DNA of 60,119 nt from Pseudomonadota bacterium (GCA_041175045.1 JBEDFR010000123.1:1-60119), one strand, 5' to 3'; counted from the stretch's first letter, positions 1-8,301 are shown. Translations and numbers: made by a program. The notes: a model not told the origin generated them from the sequence alone.

Positions 1-730
1 CTTCCTGGGGTGACGGAGCGACCAAGAACACATCCTTGCGGTCGCAGGCGGCTGGCAAGAGATTGTCGATCTTCTGCGGATCTGCGCTGAAGGGACTACC
101 CCGGTGGCCTTTCACCGCCAGCAGCGTCTCGGTCCCGCCGCCATGGTCGTCGTGACGCCCGACACGCTCCAGGCCGCGGCGCGAGGACGGGTGCCAGGTG
201 GCGATGTTCTGCTGGGTCTCGCCCGCCGCGCGCCCGTGCTGATCGACATCCACGCCGGGCATGGTGCTGGAGACCGCCGTGGTGCCGAAGCACGCGGCAC
301 AGGGCATGGCGGCCTGCGCATGCGTCAGGGTGCAGTTGGCGACTTCGGTGGAGCTGATCGGCCCTGCCGGGCGCGGGTCGGTGAAGCTGTGGTCATCGAT
401 GGCGACAGGATAGGCGAAGCCGGTCAGATTGCGTGTGATGCCATACCCGGCGGTGCCGGGCGGGAATGTGCTGCGCGCGGCAGTAATGCTGCCATGAGAG
501 CAGGGGCAGGAGCGGCGCCCTGTGCGGGTGCCGGTGCTGGAGACAGTCTTCCAGTGCAAGCATGCGGAGTTGTCGACCATGAAGAACACTTTCGGGTCGT
601 CACTTGCTCCGAGAAACAGCGGCGCGTTGGAGACGCTCAGCGAGGCGCCTTGCAGCCCTGAGGGCAAGGCGAGACCGAGCAGTGACAGCAGCCACCAGCC
701 CACCACCCTGCCGATTTCACCGATGTCCAC
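1..730 (-). CDS. pilY1: PilY1-like type IV pilus protein, N-terminal part (runs off left edge; absent from ORF track because no stop lies in the window)
   Basis: Hand translation from GTG 730 (alt GTG 736): VDIGEIGRVVGWWLLSLLGLALPSGLQGASLSVSNAPLFLGASDDPKVFFMVDNS... The frame is open for all 243 codons to position 1, with third positions mostly G/C. A signal peptide is followed by the LSVSxxPL / hydrophobic-D-x-S pattern I recall from P. aeruginosa PilY1. It lies directly after pilX. Confidence 0.6.
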   Translation of the reverse strand, partial: MDIGEIGRVVGWWLLSLLGLALPSGLQGASLSVSNAPLFLGASDDPKVFFMVDNSACLHWKTVSSTGTRTGRRSCPCSHGSITAARSTFPPGTAGYGITRNLTGFAYPVAIDDHSFTDPRPAGPISSTEVANCTLTHAQAAMPCAACFGTTAVSSTMPGVDVDQHGRAAGETQQNIATWHPSSRRGLERVGRHDDHGGGTETLLAVKGHRGSPFSADPQKIDNLLPAACDRKDVFLVAPSPQE

Positions 731-745
731 GTTCACCTCTGCACG

Positions 746-1330
746 CTATTCGTAGGATTTGACGAAGGTCGACTGCAATTGCACGACGGCGGTGTCGCCT
801 GCCCCGGAGCCACGGGCCGTCACGCGATGAAAGACTCGTACACGGGACTGCTGTCCGGTGCCGATGGCAATCGATTGCCCGGTAGTGATCTGCGACCACT
901 CTTCGATGATGTAGCGCGGCGCGGCGGCCAGGCCTTCAACGCCGGCGACCTCGATGGCATTGGCTTCCCACCACTGGCTGTCGTCCCTGCTGGCATCCTG
1001 CCACCAGTGCAGCGAGTCGGTGCCATCCGGATCCGCCGCATCACGCTCCCACACCATACCGTTGCCGTCCGCGCTGGTCTGTGGCAGGTCGCGCTGCTGC
1101 AACAGCCAGTGCTCTGCTGCCTGCAGCGCGATTTCCGCTGCCTCGAAGGCAGCGTTCTGATCCTGCAGATTGCCGGCCATGCGCTCCTCCAGCACCGCCG
1201 ACTCCATGTTCGCGACGCCCATCATGGTGAGCACGAGCAGGAATATCAGACAGAAGATCAGCATGGCACCGCGCTGCCGCGCGGGCAGTGACAGAGACTT
1301 CAGGGGAGCCGAATGCGGCAGTCGGGACAT
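746..1330 (-). CDS. pilX: type IV pilus minor pilin/assembly protein PilX
   Basis: ORF 746..1339; the track start is TTG overlapping the pilW stop, and the first ATG is at 1330. ...ARQRGAMLIFCLIFLLVLTMMGVANMESAVLEERMAGN matches the PilX N-terminal domain pattern. Position is between pilW and pilY1. Confidence 0.8.
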   Translation of the reverse strand: MSRLPHSAPLKSLSLPARQRGAMLIFCLIFLLVLTMMGVANMESAVLEERMAGNLQDQNAAFEAAEIALQAAEHWLLQQRDLPQTSADGNGMVWERDAADPDGTDSLHWWQDASRDDSQWWEANAIEVAGVEGLAAAPRYIIEEWSQITTGQSIAIGTGQQSRVRVFHRVTARGSGAGDTAVVQLQSTFVKSYE

Positions 1331-1335
1331 CGGCC

Positions 1336-2511
1336 TCAACTCCCCACGGCGCGATTGCGCAGTGTGATGGTGCTGGTGAAGACGCGACGCAGGCGATGAT
1401 CGTCCGGACGGGCCCCGTTGCCCGCCTCGCCGTCATAGCTCACGCCGTTGAAGACGTAGGCCTGCGGAGCTGGCATCAGGCCGTCCTCGATAGACTGCAC
1501 CAGGACGCTGATGCGCACGCTGATGACCCGCGACCAGTCGCCCACTTCGTCAGCCGTAACGTAGGCATCAACGCTCTTCTTGTTGTCGTTGTCGGCATTG
1601 ATGCCGTAGAGAACCTGCAGGCTCTGGATACCCTCGACCAATTCCTGCGGCGGACCCGCGACGGCCATCCGGCTCAGCTCGCGCTGGAACAGGGCCGGCG
1701 GATTGGTGGCCACATTGCCCCGCTTGCCCACATAGAACATCGTGCCCTGCAGCTTGACCAGCTCGCCGCCTGCACCGGTGCCCAGTGGCTGCGAGGTGAC
1801 ATTGCCGGGCACACAGCCGGACGAGAGCAGGGAGTTGATGCTGGCACCGCCGCCGATTTCCTGGACGCTGCAGGCCTGCACCCAGTCGGCCCGCTCGCAG
1901 TCGCTGAGCAGCAGGAGGTCGCCATCCTCGATGTCGACAATCCCGGAGTTCACCACGGTCATGGCGCCACCGGCGGAAATCGAGTTGATCGTGGCGCCGG
2001 TGCCGGACGCACTCCAGACCCGCACAATGTCAGAATCCGGCACTGCGCTGGTGGCGTCCATGACGTTGCCGCCCGAGGTGGCCCAGCCTCCAGCCGTCGT
2101 CACCACGACCGCGACATTGTCGCTGCCGGGCGCGATGTCACCTGGGCCGGTATCCACGGCCTCCCATCCCTGCAGGCCGGCATCGGGCTGGAACGAGGGC
2201 GGCGGCGCGCCCAGCATGTTGTGGATGTCGCTCTGCTCGAGGCTGGCGAGACAACCCAGATACCCGGCCATGCGCAGCTCACGCGCCAGGAAGTGGATGG
2301 CGTAGCGGCCATTCTCCTGCATTCGCGCACGCGCCTGCTGATCCCGCTCTGTCTGGGAATTGCCGACATACACCTGCATGACGCCAGCCGCGAGACTCAG
2401 GCCCATGACCATGGCGATCAACAGTTCAATCATGCTGAAGCCACGCGCGCAGGCGCTCACAGGTTGGCACCCGGCGCGTGCAGAACGGGTGATCACAATC
2501 GACAGAGTCAT
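1336..2511 (-). CDS. pilW: type IV pilus assembly protein PilW (minor pilin)
   Basis: ORF 1336..2568; the ATG at 2511 forms an ATGA overlap with the pilV stop. Prepilin-type N-terminus ...RG|FSMIELLIAMVMGLSLAAGVMQVYV with Glu5; about 390 aa as expected for PilW. Confidence 0.85.
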   Translation of the reverse strand: MTLSIVITRSARAGCQPVSACARGFSMIELLIAMVMGLSLAAGVMQVYVGNSQTERDQQARARMQENGRYAIHFLARELRMAGYLGCLASLEQSDIHNMLGAPPPSFQPDAGLQGWEAVDTGPGDIAPGSDNVAVVVTTAGGWATSGGNVMDATSAVPDSDIVRVWSASGTGATINSISAGGAMTVVNSGIVDIEDGDLLLLSDCERADWVQACSVQEIGGGASINSLLSSGCVPGNVTSQPLGTGAGGELVKLQGTMFYVGKRGNVATNPPALFQRELSRMAVAGPPQELVEGIQSLQVLYGINADNDNKKSVDAYVTADEVGDWSRVISVRISVLVQSIEDGLMPAPQAYVFNGVSYDGEAGNGARPDDHRLRRVFTSTITLRNRAVGS

Positions 2512-2999
2512 GGTTGGGAACTCATGGTGAAAAGGTTTTCGGCAGTGCCATCGCGATCGGAATCCCACCAGATCTTGATGGCGAACAGGTCACCACCACC
2601 ATCGCAGGCCGGGGCGGCCGGCGTGCCATCGTCAGGACTTGAATCATGGCACACGGTGCCCTCACCTTCGGGCAGCGCGGCGGCCAGCGCCTGCTTCCAT
2701 TGCGCCACATCATTGGCGGCCATCTGCACCGGGGTGCAGCCGGAGAGGCTGTTGCAGGAAGCTGTCACGGAACCGACAGCATGGTCATACCCGCCACGCT
2801 CGACGCCCTGCCGATTCGCTCGCAACCGCTCAACGATGTCATGGCCCAGGATGGCGGCCTGGGTGCGCTGATAGGCACTCTGGGTGCTGCGCAGGCCCAC
2901 CGTCTGCAGCCCCGCCATGCCCAGCATGCCGATGGCGAGAATCAGCAGGGATACCAGGATCTCGATCAAGGTCATGCCCCCCTGTCGTGCGCGCATCAT
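2508..2999 (-). CDS. pilV: type IV pilus modification protein PilV (minor pilin)
   Basis: MMRARQGG|MTLIEILVSLLILAIGMLGMAGLQ is a prepilin leader, Glu5 and hydrophobic helix, followed by the typical PilV motif ...RSTQSAYQRTQA. ATG at 2999/2996 overlaps the stop of the upstream ORF. Confidence 0.85.
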   Translation of the reverse strand: MMRARQGGMTLIEILVSLLILAIGMLGMAGLQTVGLRSTQSAYQRTQAAILGHDIVERLRANRQGVERGGYDHAVGSVTASCNSLSGCTPVQMAANDVAQWKQALAAALPEGEGTVCHDSSPDDGTPAAPACDGGGDLFAIKIWWDSDRDGTAENLFTMSSQP

Positions 3000-3280
3000 G
3001 AGCAATCCAACCCGTCATCTTTCCTGCTGCCTGGCCCGACCCACGCGTTCTCAACGGACCTGGCGCTCGCCCAGACGCTGAGCCCTGAGCCGCGCATGAT
3101 CGCCTCGCGACGGGCGAAGTGGCGGCTGGCCTGCAGCGCCTTGGGCTGGCTGGTGGTGCTCATGCACGACACGGCATCCTGCAGAAACCGCCGCCCCAGG
3201 GCAGGCAGAAGGTCGATGAACGCGTCGACAGTCATCCATTCCATGGCTGTAAACCCTTTGATTTCATTCATGTTCATCAT
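2996..3280 (-). CDS. FimU/FimT (GspH-family)-like pseudopilin, half-length and atypical
   Basis: MMNMNEIKG|FTAMEWMTVDAFIDLLPALGRRFLQ...ALQASRHFARREAIMRGSGLSV. It has a G|F cleavage-like site, Glu5 and an ARxEA motif at mature positions 47-51, the same register as I recall for FimU. It is only 94 aa and the helix is polar. The stop overlaps the pilV ATG (ATGA). Confidence 0.45.
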   Translation of the reverse strand: MMNMNEIKGFTAMEWMTVDAFIDLLPALGRRFLQDAVSCMSTTSQPKALQASRHFARREAIMRGSGLSVWASARSVENAWVGPGSRKDDGLDCS

Positions 3281-3498
3281 GACTGGCGGACGCCGTTGCG
3301 ACACCGGAACAGGCCTCGAACCAATGCGGATACACCCAGTACCGGCCAGCTCGCACCGCCGGTACGCCCTGGCACATGGCGCGCAGTGCTGCTGCAAGTA
3401 TGAGACGCAATCGGAAGTTTTGCAGATCGGCCGCATGCGCTTTGCTACACTGCGACGCCTTGCACGCGCATTCAGACTTTCACGGACCCTCTTCCCCC

Positions 3499-4257
3499 AT
3501 GGACTATGACATCACCTTGCTGGCCGTGCTCGCGCTCGTCGGGGTATTGGCAGGCGGCATCAATACCGTGGCGGGAGGCGGGTCCAACCTCACGCTGCCT
3601 CTGCTGATGCTGCTCGGACTGCCCGCCGATGTGGCCAACGGCACCAATCGCGTAGCGGTGGCGCTGCAGTGCGTGGTCGGCATCCGTGGCTTCCGCCATC
3701 ACGATCGTCTCGACGAAGCGGCGATTCTGCCGATCCTGGTGCCGACACTCATGGGGGGCGTGGTGGGATCCTTCGCAGCGGCCATCATGCCGGTCGCTGC
3801 CCTCAAGCCGATCCTGCTGATGACCATTCTCAGCATGTCGGTGGTCATTCTGGTGAAACCCTCCTTCATCGCGCCGCCGCCTGGCACCCCGGTGGTGGAT
3901 GTGCGTGACAATCGCGGGGCTTGGTGGATGCTGCTCTTCGCCGGCATGTATAGTGGCTTCGTGCAGGCAGGGGTCGGGTTCATCCTGCTGGCGGCGCTGG
4001 CCGGTGGACTGCGTTACGATCTGGTGCGGGCCAATGCCCTCAAGATGGTGTGCTCGCTGGGGTCGACGCTGATCGCACTGGGCGTGTTCATCTACTTCGA
4101 CATGATCCGTTGGGTGCCAGGTCTGATTCTTGCGGTGGGCACCATGCTCGGCGCGTGGATGAGTGTGAGATTTGCCGTGCGGGCACAGCAGAGCACGATC
4201 AAGTGGTTCCTCTTCGTGATGACTCTGTGCAGCTGCCTGGCGGCGCTGTTGTTCTGA
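3499..4257 (+). CDS. TauE/SafE family sulfite exporter-like membrane protein
   Basis: In-frame ATG at 3499 within ORF 3376..4257. MDYDITLLAVLALVGVLAGGINTVAGGGSNLTLPLLMLLGLPADVANGTNRVAV is the classic TauE/SafE signature; polytopic membrane protein. Confidence 0.85.
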   Translation: MDYDITLLAVLALVGVLAGGINTVAGGGSNLTLPLLMLLGLPADVANGTNRVAVALQCVVGIRGFRHHDRLDEAAILPILVPTLMGGVVGSFAAAIMPVAALKPILLMTILSMSVVILVKPSFIAPPPGTPVVDVRDNRGAWWMLLFAGMYSGFVQAGVGFILLAALAGGLRYDLVRANALKMVCSLGSTLIALGVFIYFDMIRWVPGLILAVGTMLGAWMSVRFAVRAQQSTIKWFLFVMTLCSCLAALLF

Positions 4258-4272
4258 CGAGTGTGGGGAGTC

Positions 4273-5709
4273 TCAGCTTGAGGGCTGCTCCGCGGCGTTG
4301 AGCTGGAAGTTGCCGAAGACCAGCTGGATGCGTGCCCCGCCGCGACTGCCCGTGCCCACGTCGATCTGCCCGCCGTAACTGCCCACGATATCCGTCACCA
4401 CTGCGAGACCGATGCCCTGCCCCGGAGCCAGCGTGTCCAGCCGCGCGCCGCGCTGCAGGACGAATTCCTGCTGCTGCGCGGGGATTCCCGGACCATCGTC
4501 TTCCACCACCAGGCTGAGTTGCCGTGCCGGCGCGAGACTCACCCGCGCGCTGATCGACAGCCACTGCCGGCCATACTTGAAGGCGTTGTCGAGCAGATTG
4601 CCGAGCATTTCCGTAAGATCGCGCTCGTCGCCCAGAAACGCGATGGCCGGATCGATATCACAGACGATCTCGCGTGGCTGCTGCGCATAAACCTTCTCCA
4701 GAGCGCGCAGGACACGAGCAGTCGTTTCCTGCACATTGATGCGGCGCGACAGCGTCGTGCTGCCGGTGGACTTGACGGCACGCTGCAGCTGGTAGCCCAC
4801 GATCTGGTTCATTCGTTCCAGCTGCTCGTCGACGGTGTGACGCTGTTCAGCACTGACCGTCGCCTGCGCTGTGTTGCGCGAGTCACCCAGGCCATGCATC
4901 ACCCCTGCGATCACCGCCAGCGGCGTCTTCAAGCTGTGAGCCAGATCACCGAGCGTCTCGCGATAACGCGCCTGCTGCTTGCGCTCGGTCTTGATCAAGA
5001 GGTTCAGATTCGCGGTGACAGGACTGAGTTCGCGCGGGTAGGCCCCTTCGAGTTGCTCGCTGGCGCCGGACTCGATCCGCTGGAGATCCTGAGCCAGACG
5101 GCGCAGCGGCGACAGACCCCAGTGCAGCAGCAGCACCTGCAGCACCAACAGCAGAATGGCAACACCGCCCAGCCAGGACCACAGGCTGGCGCGGAAGTTG
5201 TTGACCTCAGCCAGATAGGTGCCGGTGGACTCCAGCACGACGAAATCGTACTGGTCCTGGCCGTTCTCCCACACCACGCCGTAAGCCGCGATGAAATACT
5301 CTTCGCCGTCGGCGGCCACTTCCCGCGAAAAATAGGTGTCACCCCGCCCGAGTGCGGACCAGCGCGCGAAGAGTCCATCGAAATCGCGTTCCAGTGCCGA
5401 GGGGCTGCGCAGCAGTTCCTCCTGCTGTGGAGTATTGACCAGGGCATACAGACCTGAATTGAGCTGCGTGAAGCGTGGCTCACGCAGATCTTCCAGGAAA
5501 TAGAACTCCCCCGCGTCCTCTTCCACTGCCGCGAGCAACACATAAAGCTGCACCTGCAACTGTTCGGCGACACCGGCCTCGACACTGCTGCGAAACGCAC
5601 GGTCAAGTACCACGCCGGTAAGACCGAGAAATACGGCAAGCAGAACACTGACGGCCGTCAGCAGGCGGGTCTGGAGGGAGTATCCGGTCGGGGGCGTCGT
5701 GGCAGTCAT
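4273..5709 (-). CDS. phoQ: two-component sensor histidine kinase (PhoQ-like)
   Basis: 478 aa with two TM segments flanking a periplasmic region. H-box DLAHSLKTPLAVI, N-box LLDNAFKYG, G-boxes DDGPGIP and GQGIGLAVV. Lies immediately downstream of a PhoP-like regulator. Confidence 0.8.
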   Translation of the reverse strand: MTATTPPTGYSLQTRLLTAVSVLLAVFLGLTGVVLDRAFRSSVEAGVAEQLQVQLYVLLAAVEEDAGEFYFLEDLREPRFTQLNSGLYALVNTPQQEELLRSPSALERDFDGLFARWSALGRGDTYFSREVAADGEEYFIAAYGVVWENGQDQYDFVVLESTGTYLAEVNNFRASLWSWLGGVAILLLVLQVLLLHWGLSPLRRLAQDLQRIESGASEQLEGAYPRELSPVTANLNLLIKTERKQQARYRETLGDLAHSLKTPLAVIAGVMHGLGDSRNTAQATVSAEQRHTVDEQLERMNQIVGYQLQRAVKSTGSTTLSRRINVQETTARVLRALEKVYAQQPREIVCDIDPAIAFLGDERDLTEMLGNLLDNAFKYGRQWLSISARVSLAPARQLSLVVEDDGPGIPAQQQEFVLQRGARLDTLAPGQGIGLAVVTDIVGSYGGQIDVGTGSRGGARIQLVFGNFQLNAAEQPSS

Positions 5710-5715
5710 CGCCGC

Positions 5716-6390
5716 TCAGGCATCCGTGCGGAAACGGTAACCCTGTCCGCGGATGGTCTCGATGGGATGCAGGGTGTCGTCGGGATCAAGCTTCTGCCGC
5801 AGCCGCCGCACGAACACTTCAAGCACATTGCTGTCGCGATCGTAGTCCTGGGCGTAAAGGTGTTCGGTAAGTTCGGTCTTGGAGATTACCTGACCAGGGT
5901 GCAGCATGAGGTATTCGATGAGTTTGTATTCGTAGGCCGTGAGATCGACGCCCTGGCCGGCCAGCGTGACGCGCTTGGCGGTGATGTCCAGCGCGATGGG
6001 CCCGAACTCGATCAAGGGTTTTGCGAAGCCGGCGGCACGGCGCAGCAGAGCGTTCAGGCGGGCGAGGATTTCCTCCAGCTGGAATGGCTTGACGACGTAG
6101 TCATCGGCACCGGCATCGAGACCTTCGACCTTGTCCTGCCAATCGCCGCGAGCCGTCAGGATGAGGATGGGAAACATGCGGCCCTGGGCCCGGATCTGCC
6201 GGATCAGGGAAATGCCATCGAGCAACGGCAATCCCAGATCGATGATGGCGGCGTCGTAGGAATACTCGGTGGCGAAATAGAGTCCGGCCCGGCCATCGGC
6301 CGCGTCATCCACGACATAGCCGTGTCGGGTCAGCCCCTGGGCCAGCTGCTGACGCAGCAGGCTCTGATCCTCGACCACCAGCAGACGCAT
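5716..6390 (-). CDS. phoP: OmpR-family response regulator (PhoP-like)
   Basis: MRLLVVEDQSLLRQQL...DLGLPLLDGISLIRQIR...ILTARGDWQDKVEGLDAGADDYVVKPF...TIRGQGYRF is colinear with E. coli PhoP as I recall it. Confidence 0.85.
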   Translation of the reverse strand: MRLLVVEDQSLLRQQLAQGLTRHGYVVDDAADGRAGLYFATEYSYDAAIIDLGLPLLDGISLIRQIRAQGRMFPILILTARGDWQDKVEGLDAGADDYVVKPFQLEEILARLNALLRRAAGFAKPLIEFGPIALDITAKRVTLAGQGVDLTAYEYKLIEYLMLHPGQVISKTELTEHLYAQDYDRDSNVLEVFVRRLRQKLDPDDTLHPIETIRGQGYRFRTDA

Positions 6391-6392
6391 CC

Positions 6393-6725
6393 CTACTGCT
6401 CCCGCCGGATGTTGCCGGTGGTGGCGTCGACATAGACTGTGAAGATGTTGCCGTCGTTGTCCATGCGCACGCGGTATTGCAGCGCACCGTCCTGCTGCAC
6501 TTCGCTGAGGCTGACGACATTGCCGGGGAACCGGGCCCGCACGAGTTCAAGCGCTTCGCGCTGGGAGATGCGGGGTGCCTGAGCGGCAGTGGTGCCGGCG
6601 GACTGCTGCGCCAGAAGCACCTGCTGCGCCTGCACGGCCGTTGCCGGCAGGCTCAGCAGCCCGACATACAGCAGTGTGGCAAGTCTTTGCGCAAGGCGGC
6701 GATGCTGGAAAACCGATGAAGGCAC
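6393..6725 (-). CDS. PepSY domain-containing secreted protein
   Basis: GTG at 6725 is preceded by GGGAGAA. Signal peptide ...LLSLPATAVQA, then ISQREALELVRARFPGNVVSLSEVQQDGALQYRVRMDNDGNIFTVYVDATTGNI, a PepSY fold pattern. The stop is 2 nt before the phoP ATG. Confidence 0.7.
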   Translation of the reverse strand: MPSSVFQHRRLAQRLATLLYVGLLSLPATAVQAQQVLLAQQSAGTTAAQAPRISQREALELVRARFPGNVVSLSEVQQDGALQYRVRMDNDGNIFTVYVDATTGNIRREQ

Positions 6726-6786
6726 GGTGATTCTCCCTGATGTAGGCGAAGTGCAACCCGTGCAGCAAGGGCACCGGCGCGGTTTC

Positions 6787-7341
6787 CTAGAACACTGGCT
6801 GCACATCGACCCGCACCCGGACGAATTCGCCCGGGTCGTCGTCCATGCGCACCGAATAGTCCTTGTCGTGGTAGCGGTAGCGGACCTGATAGCCCAGCAA
6901 GCGCTCTTCGTCGTGGTGGTCGTACACGGTCTCGCACTGACGCACGGTTTCCACTTGGGTGACTCGTCCGCGACTGGTGGCGACGACTATATCACGTCCA
7001 ATGGAGTGCCCCAACACGGCGCCAACCACCGTGCCGACGCGCTTGTTGGACTTGTCGTGGCCCACCGCATTGCCCAGTGCACCCCCGATGATGGTGCCCA
7101 GAATGGCAGGCGTACTGCTCTGCGAATGCGCCCGTCGCTGAGACACCACTTCCTCAGTCCAGCACTCTTCGCGCGGAACGCTGACCTCGACTGTACGGTA
7201 GATCGGGGTGCTCTCGATGACCTCGGCGTAGTCGAAACGTGACTCTGCCAGCACTGGCGCGGCAAGCGTGGCAACGACCATGCCTCCCATTGCAGTGCGC
7301 AGCAGGCGGACCAGGGGACGTGACTGCGGACGTGTGTTCAT
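6787..7341 (-). CDS. ycfJ: YcfJ-like glycine-zipper 2TM domain protein (Rick_17kDa_Anti family)
   Basis: Signal peptide, then YAEVIESTPIYRTVEVSVPREECW...GTIIGGALGNAVGH...GTVVGAVLGHSIG...RQCETVYDHHDEERLLGYQVRYRYHDKDYSVRMDDDPG. Colinear with E. coli YcfJ as I recall it. Confidence 0.75.
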   Translation of the reverse strand: MNTRPQSRPLVRLLRTAMGGMVVATLAAPVLAESRFDYAEVIESTPIYRTVEVSVPREECWTEEVVSQRRAHSQSSTPAILGTIIGGALGNAVGHDKSNKRVGTVVGAVLGHSIGRDIVVATSRGRVTQVETVRQCETVYDHHDEERLLGYQVRYRYHDKDYSVRMDDDPGEFVRVRVDVQPVF

Positions 7342-7514
7342 GCTGTTCTCCTCTGCGACGGTGACCGCTGCGGCAAGTTGGCCGGCGGCGTTGCGGAGTC
7401 TCGGGTCAGGCTGGTTTTCCGGACTCCTGCCTGGAGTGTGGCAGGGTCAATCTGAATTGTGGCTTAACCACTGGGCAGGCTGTGGGTGCCGCTGCTGGCC
7501 ATGCACCCAAGGGT

Positions 7515-7542
7515 TTGATTCGTCAACAAAGCTGGTTAGAAT
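7515..7542 (+). promoter_or_regulatory. putative sigma70 promoter for the cold-shock-domain gene
   Basis: TTGATT (7515-7520), 16 nt spacer, TAGAAT (7537-7542). It lies ~95 nt upstream of the ATG at 7636. Sequence inspection only. Confidence 0.3.
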
Positions 7543-7635
7543 TGCCTGGCGTTTCAGATCACTCCCGCCGGCTATGCCAATGAGGCTATGACTGCGGCGA
7601 AGCCATAATAATTATAAGCAGCGAAGAGAGTCTCC

Positions 7636-8061
7636 ATGTTCAATTACAACAAGTCATTCAGCATCGCCTTTGTTACCACCCTTCTGGTCGCCATTCCCGT
7701 CCTTCTTGTCGAAATCCAGTACACCCAGCCCCTCGTGCTCGGCGGCACGCTTCTGATCAGCCTCGCCGCCGCAGCAGCAGCAACACATCATCGCAAGCCA
7801 GCCACCAAGCGTCGGCCCGTGGTGGAAGAACACCGCGTGCCCTACAACAAGTCCCGCCGCGAAAGCGGCAGTGTGAAGTGGTTCAATGCCAGCAAAGGAT
7901 TCGGCTTCATTACACGCGACAGTGGCGAGGACATCTTTGTGCATTTTCGCTCCATTCGCGGCGAAGGCCATCGCGTGCTGCATGACGGACAGCGCGTGGA
8001 ATTCGCCATCAGCGAAGGCGACAAGGGCTTGCAGGCAGAAGACGTCGCAGCAGCCAAGTGA
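7636..8061 (+). CDS. cold-shock domain protein with N-terminal two-helix membrane anchor
   Basis: C-terminal 70 aa GSVKWFNASKGFGFITRDSGEDIFVHFRSIRGEGHRVLHDGQRVEFAISEGDKGLQAEDV is a canonical CspA-type CSD with RNP1/RNP2. The N-terminal 45 aa are hydrophobic (FSIAFVTTLLVAIPVLLV..., LVLGGTLLISLAAAAAA), followed by a basic linker. Confidence 0.85.
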   Translation: MFNYNKSFSIAFVTTLLVAIPVLLVEIQYTQPLVLGGTLLISLAAAAAATHHRKPATKRRPVVEEHRVPYNKSRRESGSVKWFNASKGFGFITRDSGEDIFVHFRSIRGEGHRVLHDGQRVEFAISEGDKGLQAEDVAAAK

Positions 8062-8070
8062 ACCGTGGTC

Positions 8071-8301
8071 TCAGTAGTGCGGCGGTCGCTCGTCGGCCGC
8101 TGTGATGCCCTGGGCTTTTTCCGGCAGGTTCTCGAGAATGTGCAACAGCCGTTCGCGATGCAGGAGCAATTCGCGCTCCAGCGTGTCGATCTGCGCCTGC
8201 TGGCGCACGACGACTGCATTGAGCTCATTCAGCAGATCCTCCTGGAAGGCGAATTGTGATTGCAGCTCGTAGAGGTGCTCCTGCAATTGTTCGAAAGTCA
8301 T
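8071..8301 (-). CDS. slyX: SlyX family protein
   Basis: 76-aa coiled coil. LQSQFAFQEDLLNELNAVVVRQQAQIDTLERELLLHRERL matches the SlyX pattern. Confidence 0.8.
   Translation of the reverse strand: MTFEQLQEHLYELQSQFAFQEDLLNELNAVVVRQQAQIDTLERELLLHRERLLHILENLPEKAQGITAADERPPHY

Noticed and set aside
104-661. 185-aa plus-strand ORF at the left edge
   Set aside because: It is Gly/Ala/Arg-rich and motif-free. The opposite strand carries an open, strongly GC3-biased PilY1-like frame with a signal peptide in the expected operon position.
1288-2871. 527-aa plus-strand ORF
   Set aside because: It is antisense to pilW/pilV, which have canonical prepilin N-termini and ATGA-coupled starts.
3370-3385. sigma54-like TGGCAC-N5-GCGCA upstream of the TauE-like gene
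   Set aside because: The -12 element is GCGCA rather than TTGCA/TGC(A/T), the site is 114 nt from the ATG, and no associated bEBP is nearby. The match is too weak to call.
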